Below are positions 13,287 to 26,883 of a stretch of 64,000 bases of DNA, in pieces. The stretch's first letter is position 1; every line of letters starts with the position of its first letter. Origin of the DNA: Octopus vulgaris (lineage: Eukaryota); NCBI GenBank assembly GCA_951406725.2, contig OX597819.1, forward strand, positions 55,056,001 through 55,120,000, given 5' to 3'. Position numbers and translations under genes: made by a program. The notes below the pieces were generated by a model. The model did no database searches. It was given only the letters and a program-made list of their open reading frames with translations, and was not told the DNA's origin.

Positions 13287-13332
13287 TCTGAGACGACCAG
13301 TGTTTCGACAACGTTGCATCTCATCAGCCAGA
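13287..13332 (-). ncRNA. minimal type I hammerhead ribozyme motif
   Basis: Minus strand reads UCUGG-CUGAUGA-GAUGCAACGUUGUC-GAAA-C-ACUGGUC-GUC-UCAGA. It has a canonical core, 5-bp helix I (one G-U), helix II closed by G-C, 2-bp helix III and a GUC cleavage triplet. Confidence 0.65.
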
Positions 13333-13500
13333 AGCGACTTGGACTAATGAATCTAACAGAAATTGGAAGCTCTGGTTTATAACTTCACCAGACAAACTAG
13401 TTGCTGATTCGTGCTGTTAATAAATGATGTATTGTCGTTTAGCTCCTGGTCACCCTTGATTAAGTAGATCTCTGACCAGAGAGGTTCTAGTTATGATTAC

Positions 13501-13654
<154 letters not shown>

Positions 13655-14223
13655 TTTGGGTGCTATTTCTAGCAGCCCGATTGACCACAGATTTTCTACC
13701 ATTGAATTGCTTTCATTTTACACTGTTCATGTTTAGGCCCAGCTCAGCCCTGTTCGAGTAGATCTCTGATCAAAGGCGTTTCAACAGTTCCCAGTCCTAT
13801 CCTTTTGTATAACAGGGATTACTACTTTGATTTATTATAAACGGCAATACCTTTGTTGAGGGAATTTGGGCCTTTTTTCTAGCAGCTCAAGCGACTGCAT
13901 TCCCGTCAAAGACTCTCTTTTGCTTTGTTTCATTTTAGAGATATGAGGTCAACGATAGAATGTATGTTTTAAAGTAAATGGTCGGAGACGACCAGTTTTC
14001 TTTGATATCCAAAGAGCGGAAGCTGTAATACTATACTTTGTTAAATGCCGTGTTGATAGAAGAATTACATCTGGAAGAATAGACCAACCATTAAAGAATG
14101 CAGAAGTCATCTATAGATCTGCCAAAGAGGAAGACACAACACAAAAGGAGAACAGGAAGAAAATAGTCTAGTTTTTCAAAGGATTATACATACATACATA
14201 CATATACACATATACATATATAC

Positions 14224-14255
<32 letters not shown>

Positions 14256-14715
14256 ACGTACACACACACATACATATATATATATACACGTACACACACA
14301 CATACATATATATATATACATACATACATATATACATATATACATACATGCATACATACATATATATATACACGTACACACACACACACACATCATATGT
14401 ATACATACATATGAATAATAGCAAATGAATTGAACGACATCCTTTATTTAAAATCACTACAATTGTTTCCACACATCGTTACATCCGCACTACACTAGTG
14501 AGATGATACAATTAACATATTGTGTAATCACTATCATCCATCAAAGGTGCAAAATGTGCTTCTTCCGGTGATTATTTTAACATAATTCGTTCGTTAGATC
14601 CTATTGTTATTTCATTCTGCATGAGAATGTGGACGAGCTCTGCGTAGCACACTACAAGGCATTTGCTCAAATTCTGCTTAACTATACATACATACATACA
14701 TACATGTATAAATAT

Positions 14716-14768
<53 letters not shown>

Positions 14769-14849
14769 TATATGTACATATATACACAAGGGTACTACAT
14801 GAGTACCTATATCGCTAATGATAGAAGTAAAAAAAATACTTCTGTACCA

Positions 14850-15186
14850 TAAGCACCGCCTTTAGTCGAACAAATCGACTCCAGGACTTATACTTTGAAA
14901 GCCTAGTACTTATTCTATCGGTCTCTATAATTCCGAACCGCTAAGTTACGGGGACAAAACACACTAGCACCGTTTGATAGTGGGGGTACAAACACAGACA
15001 CTCACACACACACTCACACGCACACGACGGGCTTCTTTCAGTTTCTGTCCACCAAATCCACTCACAAGACTTTGGTTGACCCGAGGCTATAGTAGAAGAC
15101 ACTTGCTCTAGGTGCCACGCAGTGGGACTGAACCCGGAACCATGTAGTTGGGAACCAAGCTTCTTACCACACAGCCACACCTGCGG
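14850..15186 (-). mobile_element. SINE family B
   Basis: Reverse complement of the family B pattern; the 3' tail is missing. Confidence 0.9.
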
Positions 15187-15362
15187 GTAGTAGGTGAAAA
15201 AAATAAAATCTCGGCCTGAATTGGCAGAATTATAAGAGCATAGCCAAATGTTTTACACTATTTGTATTAGTTCATAGCGTTCCGAGTTCGAATTCCTCCC
15301 ATGATATTGATGGGTGATATAATTAATCACCATCGTTGGCACCTAGGGAACCTTTCGTGGAG

Positions 15363-15527
15363 CAGTGGCGTGACTAGAGTGTTTGTGATGCCCCAGGCAG
15401 TTCTTGAGTTTGTCGCCCCTCGCTCCATCCCCGCTAACCATTCAAGCTTCTACAACACACCCAAAAGTGTCGTCCCCATAAAATCGTCGCCCGAAAGAAC
15501 TTCTCGCCCTCCTCAGCTCGCTACCTG
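15363..15527. mobile_element. putative short hAT MITE
   Basis: Begins cagtggcgtgactag and ends ctcgctacctg. Imperfect 8-bp TSD tcgtggag / cagtggag. Confidence 0.45.
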
Positions 15528-15701
15528 CAGTGGAGTCGTCCTTTTTAGAAACCGCTGGTTTCCAGTTTAAGGTTACCCTCTTCCTTCCTTCCTCCCTGCC
15601 TGTCTTTCCTTCCTTCCTTCCTTCCTTCCTTCCTTCCTTCCTTCCTTCCTTCTTTCCTCCCTCCTCTCCCCTGGTCTCGGAGACCCTGTAAAGGAGCATA
15701 G

Positions 15702-15792
15702 GACAATTTATTGAAGAGAAAAGAAAAAAAAAAAGGATTACCAGTGCCCCAGTATTGCTGACCTGTGGGCTTATGTCACACATCTGCTGTCA
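15702..15792. repeat. ~90-bp direct repeat, copy 1
   Basis: Identical to 17571-17660 except for the poly-A length. Confidence 0.95.
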
Positions 15793-17570
15793 TGAGACTA
15801 AACGAAAAAAAATTACAACTTGTTTTTGGTCCTGGGTGTTGAGTTCTTTTCTTTTTGTGGAGTTGTTTTCTATTTTCTACGCATTTCTCGATGTCCTCCG
15901 CTGTGTCCATTAACGACAAGAAAAAGACCTACAAACCTGGAACATATTGCATATTTCATATCTTGGCATCGCGTTGTTTTCTATTTTGGCCACCAATTCC
16001 TAGAAAACCTCAACGATAAAAATAAAACATTATCAACATAGATGGTAAACTTCAAGAGTCACTCCGAGGCGAATGTAAATAAACACAGATCTACACACAA
16101 CAATAAACAAGTACTTAATGCAAAACTCAAAACAAACTCTGAATGCTGTTCCAAATAACAACGTAGTAAGTAAACGTGACAAGAGCAATATGTTCGTAAT
16201 CAACAGCACCAGCAACAACAAGAACCGTGTTTAGTCGACATAGCAGACTATTTGTTCTACTCCACCAAAATCGTATAAAACAGCAGGTAGGATCGTGTTC
16301 CAAACACGGCAGTCATTAACAGAACAACAGAAGCTGTCTTCGCTCTCACCTCGAAGAATCGAGACACAAGCCTGATTAGTTGGAGCGTGTGTTTCTTGCG
16401 TTACATTGATAAGCACTAGACAAAATGGTCTATTCGTTTCATCGTGTGTAAATGTAATTCCTTTAATTAATGCAAATTGCTTGCCGTCAAAATTTATGTT
16501 AATGAGAGCAAGTAATTAGCGACTGGACTGTTGTGATTTCGATTCTAAATATAATCTCACGAAGCATTGTATAATTTGGCTGTTGTAGTTGTTGGTGGTA
16601 ATGGTGGCGGCGGCGAAGGTGGTGATAATGGTGGTGGTGGTGGTGATGGTGGTAGCGATGGTGGTGGTGATGGCGGCGTTGGTGATAGTGGTGTTTAGCC
16701 CTAGATCGGTAGATCGATGTTTAAAGACTTTCAGTTGTAACTATCCCACTTTTTAAATTCTTTTATCTATATTTTTTTTTTTATTTTAGCGATTTCTGGG
16801 ACTACAGTATCCGAAGCCTTTTGTATTTTTTTTTTTTTTCTCTTCAAGACGGTTGTGTTTGATTTGAAGGAAATTTAGATTACTTTCGGAGTTGTACTTG
16901 CCTGGCAAGTGATTCACAGTGGTACAGTAATCAACGACCAGATCATAACTGATGTGACGAAAATTTTGACACTAAAAAGTAAATGTTTAAGTGAAGTTAA
17001 CAATCTTTGTGGACTTTTGAATGTCTAATATGTGTATTCTTCGCTGCAATTTCTTTACGTGCTTTTTAAATTTTTTGTTTATGGTGGAAATCGAAGTAGA
17101 TAAAACTATAAATAATAGAGTGAGTAATATTGGATTAAAAAGACCCCATTATTGGATTAAAAAGATCTCATTTGATGGGAAAATAATCGAAGGCTTACCA
17201 ACAGGACATTAACACATATTTGTGAACTTGACAGACGGGCTGTCCATGACGCTAAACAACACTTTCAGTTTTCTGTATTCATTCTTGGAGCTTCGATTTT
17301 GCCATCGAGAATTGTAAGATGTTTACATTATAAAAATTTAGAAAGAGTGTTGCCGGTTCGAGATAAACTCTACAGGCACGGAAGTGCCGTCAGCCGAGCA
17401 TATCCGAGATGCGCGTAGGGCAACGAAACTGTCCTTGCACACACTCGTCCAGTGCCCCAGTATTCTATTATCAGATTATTCCATTATTATCATATTCTAT
17501 TATTATCATATTCCATTATTATCTATTCCATTATTATAAGATTAAAGTTCGCATGTTATTATTGTTCACT

Positions 17571-17660
17571 GACAATTTATTGAAGAGAAAAGAAAAAAAA
17601 AAGGATTACCAGTGCCCCAGTATTGCTGACCTGTGGGCTTATGTCACACATCTGCTGTCA
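17571..17660. repeat. ~90-bp direct repeat, copy 2
   Basis: gacaatttattgaagag...cacatctgctgtca, matching 15702-15792. Confidence 0.95.
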
Positions 17661-17899
17661 CGTGTGGGATGGAACCGGATATCAGCTGAATCCATCATAA
17701 AGATCGCCCCGACGCCTTCTTTTAACCGGAAGGGCAGGCAGTTTTTATTTGCTCGGTGGTCATGGCGAAAGAGGTTGTTGTATGGTGGACGCGATTGAAA
17801 AGGCTGAAGTCAAACACTCTCCTCGTTGGCCAACCCAGTCCTGTGCCGTCCTTAATGTTTTCTTAATGTAAACCCTTTGTGGTTAATAAAAAAAATCAC

Positions 17900-17953
<54 letters not shown>

Positions 17954-18142
17954 ACAGCGGCAGCAGCAGCAGCAGCACCACCACCACCACCATCCCCATC
18001 ATCATTATCATTATTATTATATGTTTATTACACTTCTAAAAGCATAGTGGTGATGGTCGTGGTGGTGGTGATGGTGGTGTGAACATTTACGAAACGCAGA
18101 TAACGCTAATGAATATGTGACACCTCCAAATATATATTCATA

Positions 18143-18177
<35 letters not shown>

Positions 18178-18548
18178 GTAAATATATTAACAAATGATTA
18201 CATAACCAAACACATACAATGGTAGCAATAGTATTGATGGTGGTGTGAAGCATATATGGATTTGTGGATCTGTGACACCTGTAATGTACATGGGATTTAA
18301 TTATACGAAATAACGACGACAACAACAACAACAACAACAACAACAATAACAACAATAATAATAATATTAATAATAATAAAAATAATAATAATAATAATTT
18401 ATGTATGTTTTTATGCGTGTGCGTAAGTGTGCACATGGGTTGGCGTTTCCAAACGATTTCTGTGTCTAATCTGTATAGTATTATATACAACATTGAACTC
18501 CATATACACGTCTGCATAACACACATTCATACACATTTACCATCCGAT

Positions 18549-18645
<97 letters not shown>

Positions 18646-19052
18646 CACACACACATACACGCACGCATACACACACATATATAAGGAACTATCTGCAGAC
18701 TACTAAATATAAGATGAGTTCAATATAGCTTTTTTTTAAAAATTAATTGGAATTACAAACAATGCTAATGCGGAAAAAAATCTCATTAGCGTTAATAAGA
18801 ATGCAGACAATATCCGATATTTCGATGAACTAGACATTGAATTTTTACTAGTGATATGTAGTGAGTGGCGGGTGGGTATATTTTGTAACCATGGTAACAA
18901 ACCTGTGTATGTTTCGCTGTTTTGGATCTCTTGAGTGAAGTATTGGTCATTCAACGAAATCCAGGATCTCAGAAAGACTAACTGAAGTTTGTGCGAGTGT
19001 GTGTGCGTACGTGTGTATGTGAGGATGAGGTGAATTATAATAATGATGACAA

Positions 19053-19253
19053 ATTTTGCCACAAGACCAGCAATATTAAGGGAAGAATAAGTCGATTACA
19101 TAGACCACAGTGCTCGACTGGTACTTATTTTATCAACTCCGAAAGGATGAAAGACAGAGCCAACCTCGGTGGAATTTGAACCCCGAATGTATAGAACAGG
19201 AAGAAATTCTGCTAAGCGTTTAGTCTGACTTGCTAATGATTCTGCCAGCTCGT
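19053..19253 (-). mobile_element. SINE family A, diverged copy
   Basis: Contains gaaaggatgaaagacagagccaacctcggtggaatttgaac...gattctgccagctcg. Confidence 0.8.
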
Positions 19254-20690
19254 TACTATAAGGTAAATCATTAAAATGACTGTCGAAATGTTCCCCGACT
19301 ACTTACTGAATACAAATATATAGTTCAGTGTCGGTTACCATAGCTAACGTAATGAGCTGAATATTGTTTCTGACTAATTAAAATCATGACCTAAATAAGT
19401 ATATTTACATATGCACATTGATATATTAGAATATACATATACAACCTGTGCTTTTTTTTATTCTTCACACAACTTTTACACTGTGGAAGACTCCCTTCAT
19501 CAGTTGTTGACAGATCACACTGCGGTTTCGGGACTTTTCGACAGGATCGTCCTTCAGTGGTGCCGAGTAACCATGATACTTTCAAGGAATATCTGCGTTG
19601 TTTTGGCCTACACTATATTAAGCAGTGGTTTCTTTCGTTCTCTTGTTATTCATGACACCACCTCACCAAACCAGATGTAGCGCAAGCAACCCCAACAAGG
19701 TCATTACTGTTTTGTTTTACTATTCACTGGGTATTTTGTTTTCATTTTCGGTCATTCTCTCAGATGACTGTGAAGTATTCTAATACATATGAAAGCATAT
19801 GTATGATGTGATAATGTGAACATCTACATGGAACTGTAAAAATATATAGAACATTCCAGATGTTTAGTTTGTAGTATGTATACATGCACACATGTAGACG
19901 CATGCAAACATTTGGATATGGACACACATACGTAAGTTAAAGCAAACTAATTCACACACATAATAATGTGCATGAATGTAAACGTACATAGCGGCACATG
20001 TTCCTTCATGGACACATACATACATACATACATACATACATACATACATACATACATACATACATACATACATACATACATACATACATACATACATGCA
20101 ATTGCAGATAGATAGAGGCAGAGAGAAGCCGAGAAGTCACGAATATGAAAACGCAATGAAAGAGCGTGGATAGTTGTAACAAATCCGAAAAGTAAACCGG
20201 AACGACTCTAAATATAATCAACAAATACACAGTCAAATAAATAGATAAATAAATAAATAAGTAAATAAATAAATAAATTAGAAACCATATGCGTAGGAGT
20301 GACCTCACTGTTGCACTGTACTAAGATTGGCTTGCTTTCTTGTAAAACGACGTATGCTAGGCATCAGATATAAAGGTGTTCTCTTCGGTTTTATTTACCA
20401 ATAAGCACTAAGTTATGTGATATTGTTTTCTAACTTTGGCACAAGGCCAAAACGTTTGTATGGAAGTGGTGAAGTCTACTGAATCAAGCTTGATACATTA
20501 CTGATATGTAGCTTTTTACGAACTCCGAGAGATTTGAACACAAAACATAGAAAGGTATAATTGAATACCTGTAAATAATTTATTCCGGCGTTCTCCTGCT
20601 GCTGTTATTGTAACCGTTGCGAGCAATCACCTTTCGAAGAAATATGATATGAATAATATTAATATTTATATAAAAATCTAGTTTCCTTCA

Positions 20691-20746
<56 letters not shown>

Positions 20747-20793
20747 TACTTGGAAATGAATGCGTGGCATTCAATTAAATAATAATAATATAT

Positions 20794-20862
<69 letters not shown>

Positions 20863-20865
20863 TAT

Positions 20866-21282
20866 ATGGATACAGGACGTCACCAACTGTGTAAACAACA
20901 TGAAAAACAAAAACAAACGAGTTAAATACGCAAGCAACAGGAGAAAAAATAAGAAAACAAGACAAGTAAACTCAGAGAAACGACCTTGCATCAGTTGTCG
21001 GCTGTCTATCTACTCCTCATTTCGAGCATTCAACGACAATATGAGTCTTCAAAGACAGTTACTCCCATAAATTTTAAACGAAAATTTAAGATTTATGGAG
21101 GGTCTGAGATGGGAACAAAAACAGGATGGTGGAGACATACAAGGAAACCGAACGAAAACAAAGATGGAGGGTCGTTAGACCAGAACAAGAGGAAAATAAT
21201 GAAAGGTGGGAGAAATATTTTCTTTGAAAAGAGAAAAGATAGAAGAGAGAGAGAAAACAAATGGTTCAGTCCTTTGAAGGTC

Positions 21283-21288
<6 letters not shown>
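20866..21288. mobile_element. unclassified ~420-bp dispersed repeat inserted in (TA)n
   Basis: Flanked on both sides by (TA)n. An inverted homolog lies at ~36860-37345 (ggacgtcaccaac...catcagttgtcggctgtctatctactc...tttcgagcatt). Confidence 0.75.
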
Positions 21289-21381
<93 letters not shown>

Positions 21382-21504
21382 TATATTATATTATATTATA
21401 TTATTTTATATCATATGTCATATATATATACATGTGTGTATATATATATATATGTGTGTGTGTATGTGTGTGTATGTATGTATGTATGTATATGTATATG
21501 TATA

Positions 21505-21550
<46 letters not shown>

Positions 21551-21561
21551 AATATATGTAA

Positions 21562-21594
<33 letters not shown>

Positions 21595-21683
21595 TGTATG
21601 TATGTATGTATGTATGTATGTATGTATGTATGTATGTGTGCATGTATGTATAACACGATGTGTATAATGTAATGTATTAATTA

Positions 21684-23418
21684 CACTGTATAACAATGGA
21701 AAAAAATCGAAATGAGAATAACCTTTTCTATGAGTATTTTGTGTGTAGATGACGAATATTACATCCGTTTCTTTCTGTGACTTTCCAGTTTCTCGTAAAT
21801 TACCATCTTACTTGAGTGCAAACAGGATTGGGCCGAAACTGACAGCTCTAAAAGTTATGAACGGATTTTGATGTAATTTTAATGAGGCATTCCTAAGGTA
21901 TTTGTCAACCTAACCTATGAAAATTATATTTTTCGTAGTATTTTTATAGTTATATTGATCCAAATGCGTGATAAATCTGACAAGAAATCACACCTCATCG
22001 CCCAACCTGGACTCAGTGATCTAGTTCGTGATCTAACACTTACTAAACAACAGAGTGAAGTCCCGGCCTCATCTCTGCAACAATGGAACCTGTTGGATTA
22101 AGATGCTCGAATTACAGTATTTAGGAAGCGTTCTACAGATCTGCAGCAATTCTTCACTTTGGAAAACTACTTGATTTATTGTAATGATATCAGAGACCTA
22201 TTCAATGCCCTTGAGCTGACTTATGAACCAAATGAGTGGAGGTTATACATAGATGCATCTCTTTACAGCATAAAAGCGGTTCTATTGCACAATGGGAACA
22301 CCATGCCTCCAGTTCCAATCGCTCACTCAGTCATTTTAAGAGAGACATATGAGAACCTCGCTTTTATTCTAGACTGCATGGGTTACAAGGAGCACGAGTG
22401 GCTAATTTGTGTGGACTTGAAGGTAGTAGCTTTACTTAATGGGCTACAAACTGGATACACCAAGTTTATGTGCTTCCTTAGCAAGTGGGACAATAGGGCT
22501 AGATCAGAACATTACGTACGCTCAGAATGGCCACCTCGAGAAACTATGACGCCTGGATAATAATGTAAATCATGAGCCACTAGTTAAGAAGGAGAAAATC
22601 ATTTTGCCACCACTGCATATAACACTAGGTCTAATGAAGCAATTTACCAAAACACTGCAACATAACAAGCCATGTTTCCAGTACTTTAAGGCGATCTTCC
22701 CTAAAATAAGTGATGCCAAGATTAAAGAGGGCATATTCGTAGGCCCTCATATTTGTCAACTTATAGCTGATGAGGACGCTGAGGCGACAATGGATGAAAC
22801 TGAGCTAGCGGCCTGACATGCATTCAAAGATGTATGCAAAAGACTTCTGGGAAAGCACCAAATGGCCCAGCGGGAGAGTATAGTGCCTAATCAAGTGCTA
22901 CCAAGATCTCGGATGCAATATTTCACTGAGGATACATTTTCTTCATTCTCATTTGCCCTTCATCTCAGAGAATTCAGATGTGAGTGATGAACATGGAGAG
23001 AGGTTCCATCAAGATATAGTGTCAATGGAAAACATGTATAAAGGAAAATGGAGCCCAGCTATGCTGGTTGACTTCTGCTGGAAGCTGAAGCGTGACACAC
23101 CTGAGACGCCTTATAAACGAAGTAAATACTAAAATGTAGGGTAATATATTATACAATGCTAACAAAAATGCCGATTCCTTACATATTTATGAATTAATTA
23201 CATTAGACATATTTGATCTGACTTTGAGAGCAAAATAAATTTATGACATCGTGGAAATTGGTATAAATTGCATAGTTATAAAGTCGGTAATTTACCAGAA
23301 AATATGACGTGATGGGAAATTTTTGTTATAAAATTCGAATTTTGCACAATGATCTTCATAATAAAATGCACATGAGAACTGTTTTTTTATTCTTGATCCT
23401 GAAATTTGTAGCATAGTG
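21684..23418 (+). mobile_element. Chapaev3-like (CMC superfamily) DNA transposon, internally deleted
   Basis: Termini CACTGTATAACAA / TTGTAGCATAGTG with a 3-bp TTA TSD on both sides. Contains a transposase remnant. Confidence 0.8.
21990..23130 (+). pseudogene. Chapaev3-type transposase pseudogene
   Basis: Motifs WRLYIDASxxSIKAVLLHNGN, DLKVVALLNGLQTGYTKFMCFL, PPLHITLGLMKQF, KIKEGIFVGP, HFLHSHL and SDEHGERFHQDI. Contains stops and frameshifts; the N-terminus is missing. Confidence 0.85.
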
Positions 23419-23863
23419 TTATTTGTGTTGGTAAATATTTGGTCAAAACCTCAAAAAATTATGGCCTTATATTCTAATGACATGCGAAACTAACAATATT
23501 ATAACAATATTATAAATATTCAACATTAAAGTCGATATTTTCTCCTGATAGAGATCTTGTAGTTCTCCGCTTTGGCTGCGAGTCGTTGAATATCTGATCT
23601 ATATATTATCAAGGGTGTATTAATTAACTCCATCAAGTGTTTATTTCTAGTGATTAAACTCCATTTCAGAGGACAGTAATTCACAGCAATTTGTTGTGTA
23701 GAAAATTGAAATGAATTTTACGCTAGTTTTCTTTTCAATTTAAGATATTTTATTCCTGGAACTTGTTTCCAGAAATTGTTACGGACGGAGATTTGTTGAT
23801 TATCTTTAAACTAACGTTCTATAATTCCATTAGTTCCATTTCCATTGCAGATGATTCTATGAC

Positions 23864-23927
23864 CAGAGGTTCAACAATTAGTTACCATCATTGAACAGAG
23901 GTTCGACAATTAGTTACCATAACTGAC
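23864..23927. repeat. 32-bp tandem duplication
   Basis: cagaggttc(a/g)acaattagttaccat occurs twice, 32 bp apart. Confidence 0.9.
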
Positions 23928-24089
23928 CATATCAGCTATGAATGGATTTATATAAGAAAGATGAAGCAGGACTTCAACTTCAGCAAAGTCTTTCACTCCT
24001 GATTAGGAATTTATCAAGCGATATTTGTAATTTATTTTTTTTATTCCTCTAATTTATAGTCTTTTATTTCAATACCAGAGAAAATGCAA

Positions 24090-24260
24090 GGCAGCGAGCT
24101 GGCAGAATCGTTAGCACATCGGGCGAAATACTTAGGGGTATTTCGTCCGTCTTTATGTTCTGAGTTCAAATTCCGCCGAGGTCGACTTTGCTTTTCATCC
24201 TTTCGTGGTCGAAACAACAAATACTATTTGAGCACTGGGGTCTAAGTAATCGATTTAACT
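24090..24260 (+). mobile_element. SINE family A
   Basis: ggcagcgagctggcagaatcgttagc...gagttcaaattccgccgaggtcgactttgc. Confidence 0.9.
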
Positions 24261-24536
24261 ACTAGGAGTAATTAAGAGTTTTTAAAAAATCTGCACCCTC
24301 TGTCAAGCCATGTCGAACCAGTATGACAGAGTAGGCTCATCAAACTAGTATAATCTCAAGTTCAAATTTACAGCCTCCACATCAGACTGTGGTTAGTGGA
24401 AAGAGCATTCCGAGGCCTTCGTCTTGAAGTGGACTGAACATATGTAATCCAATCCAAATTTTAATATCAGAGAATATGCTTGCTCTCCTACTGAGATAAA
24501 TGACTGAATATTTTTGACAATATATCTCTTATTTTA

Positions 24537-24937
24537 TGAAGGTTGTACCGAAAGTAATGTAAAAACGGCATAATCTTTTTATTAATTGCTATAAGTCGTT
24601 CAGATTGCACATGTTGATAGAATAACTTTTCTATATAAAGGTACAACTCAACATAATCTCCATCCATCTGTGCACATTGCCATTGTCAATGGTGTCGTTT
24701 TCATAAAGAACCTGTATAGGTTTCAGTGGATGTCAAACAGCCTGCACTCCTCCTTCATCAGTGACTCAATGACAACGCGTTGCGTCTGCTTGGAAGCTAT
24801 TGTTTGCTTGCAATGAAGAGCAGAAAGAAAGTCACTATAGAGAAAGAGTCACCCAACCGACACGTGCAAGTTGAACGACTTATGTCAGTTAATACAAAAG
24901 TTTCACCCACCCTTGCACACTTTCAGCAGAACCTTCG
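24537..24937. mobile_element. mariner-type MITE
   Basis: TA|tgaaggttgtaccgaaagt ... actttcagcagaaccttcg|TA, imperfect TIRs. Confidence 0.6.
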
Positions 24938-24939
24938 TA

Positions 24940-25780
24940 ACATAATGTTTTATTAATTTTATTATTTCTTTGAAAAGTCAAGTTGCAAGTTCGTTGCTTA
25001 TTCATTCTATCAGTAAGGGACATCAGATCTTGTACCCATTCATTATTTTCCACTTGAGGCTGGGATCTTTTCATTTCTTTTAGAGAAGTAGCAATAGGAT
25101 CCCACAGATTCACAAACCTACTCAAGAGTGATTGCCTGGTTAACTAGTTGACTTGTTGGCTGGGTGGCTTCCACTATACAAAGCAGTAGAAAGAGACTTT
25201 AATAATATTTCTGAAATGCTGGCGGGGTTTTTTGTCAGTTAAGTGTGTGAAATCGACAATTTCACGTAGAGGTTTCTTAGCGTTTTCATACTTGCAGTGT
25301 CTGATTGCCACATATTCACGGCGAATAATGCATTAAACAAGGAGAACTACTAAAGAGCTAGGATAATTTTTAACAAATGCAATTAATACTACATTTCCCC
25401 GCCACCATTGTGGGTGTTCCATCTGTTGTAACACTGATGACATTATTCAGTGGAACATCAGTATTTGTTAAGGCTCTGTCGTTGATGTTTTTGATGTTAT
25501 CACTGCGCGTTGTTTTTTTTAAGTATTACTAAATCCAACATCTCTTCTTACACAGTTACATTAGATGAAACAACGAACAAACACTGCTAGTTGTACAATG
25601 TCTTGTATATCGGTAATATTCCTCCTAAGCTGAACTAAATGTAAGAGAATTCTTCAAACTCTCTCGTATTTTGTTTGCACTATCAGCTACGACCTGGCAA
25701 GGAACTGCTGTGCTTTAGTCGTTGAAGTTGAGCAGTGTTTAGATCTGACACTACAACAAATTCAGCAATATTCTTTGTGA
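24940..25780 (-). pseudogene. hAT (GTF2IRD2/Charlie-like) transposase remnant
   Basis: SRFVNLWDPIATSLKEM...NNEWVQDLMSLTD, plus upstream remnants resembling SVTTDGxPxM and CII of hAT transposases. Many stops. Confidence 0.65.
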
Positions 25781-25783
25781 CAA

Positions 25784-25935
25784 AGGCAGCGAGCTGGCAG
25801 AATCGTTAGCAGCATTTCGTCACTTCTGAGTTCATTTTCTCCCGAGGTCGACTTTGCCTTTCATCCTTTCAGGGTGGATAAATTAAGTACCATTTGAGCA
25901 TTAGGGTCGATGTAATCGACTTACCCCCTCGCCCT
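25784..25935 (+). mobile_element. SINE family A, internally deleted
   Basis: Family A head and gcctttcatcctttcagggtggataaattaagtacc. Confidence 0.85.
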
Positions 25936-26625
25936 TTGAAGTAAGTATTCTTCGTGGCATATTTGCTATCAGAATTTAAGCATTTAAATCGAGCAATATT
26001 TTAGGACATAACAAACTTGGCTTCAGTTATTACATTTGGATCCCTTATAAAATTGTATTAACAGAGTCAGTTTGCTATCTAGCGATGGTTTCAACATGGC
26101 GAATTTTTTTTTTCCCTTAATTACAATTTAGAAGGATACTCATACAAAAACTTTTTGAGATTGCTTCATAATAACGTATCAAGTTATTGGTTTATGTGAT
26201 GAAACCGTGACAGACGGCAGAAAGAGAAGACAGAAGTTTTTGCGATGAATGCAAAATCTTTCTATCTATTCTTCTCTTTTCTTTCTTCCCGCGTTGGGTC
26301 GTCAGCATTCTATATTACACTAACATTCTGATATTGATTTGGAAATATAAGGCAGATATTGTTAATACTTATCGATATTTTAATCGGTTGTTTGGACAAA
26401 ATACAACAGTATTTAGTTGTATTTCTTCACGTATTAAGTTCAAACCGCGACGAGGTCAACTTTGCCTAATATCCTTTGGGATCATAAAAATAAAGCACCG
26501 ATCAAATACTGATGTCTAATATTCCTATAAGACATCTTAGATGTGAATGTTATTATCGTAAAAGACAAGATCTATATAGACTAAAATGTGTTCTCACCGT
26601 GAACATCCCAGTTTATTGTCTACAA

Positions 26626-26883
26626 CAGGGATTCACAACCATTTTTTAGCCACGGACCACTTAAATTCCTATTTTATTCGAATGGACCCCCGTAGTCATT
26701 TAATGTTTTTAAAAAATCCTATAGTATATCAATAATCAAATATTATTAGGAATTGTATTAAAGAATTGTTAAAATATTTGGTGTATTGTATTAGTATAAC
26801 CAATTTATTGTACATAAATTTTAACAACAAAATCTAAGGATCCCTAAGGGTTATATGGACCCTTGGTTAAGAACCAGTCACTG
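26626..26883. mobile_element. hAT MITE with perfect 8-bp TSD
   Basis: TSD gtctacaa at 26618-26625 and 26884-26891. Ends cagggattcacaacc / ggttaagaaccagtcactg, with internal ggaccc motifs. Confidence 0.85.

Noticed and set aside
15776-15910. Short minus-strand ORF MDTAEDIEKCVENRKQLHKKKRTQHPGPKTS as a first coding exon
   Set aside because: It is plausible, but there is no recognisable homology or downstream exon, so it cannot be supported as a CDS.
19510-19570. Minus-strand hammerhead (CUGAAGG...CCCGAAACCGCAGUG)
   Set aside because: A9 is G and the cleavage triplet ends in G. At best a decayed remnant.
22159-22816. Host or domesticated gene from the two complex ORFs
   Set aside because: They lie inside TIRs and a TSD, with multiple stops and frameshifts, so this is a dead Chapaev3-type transposase.
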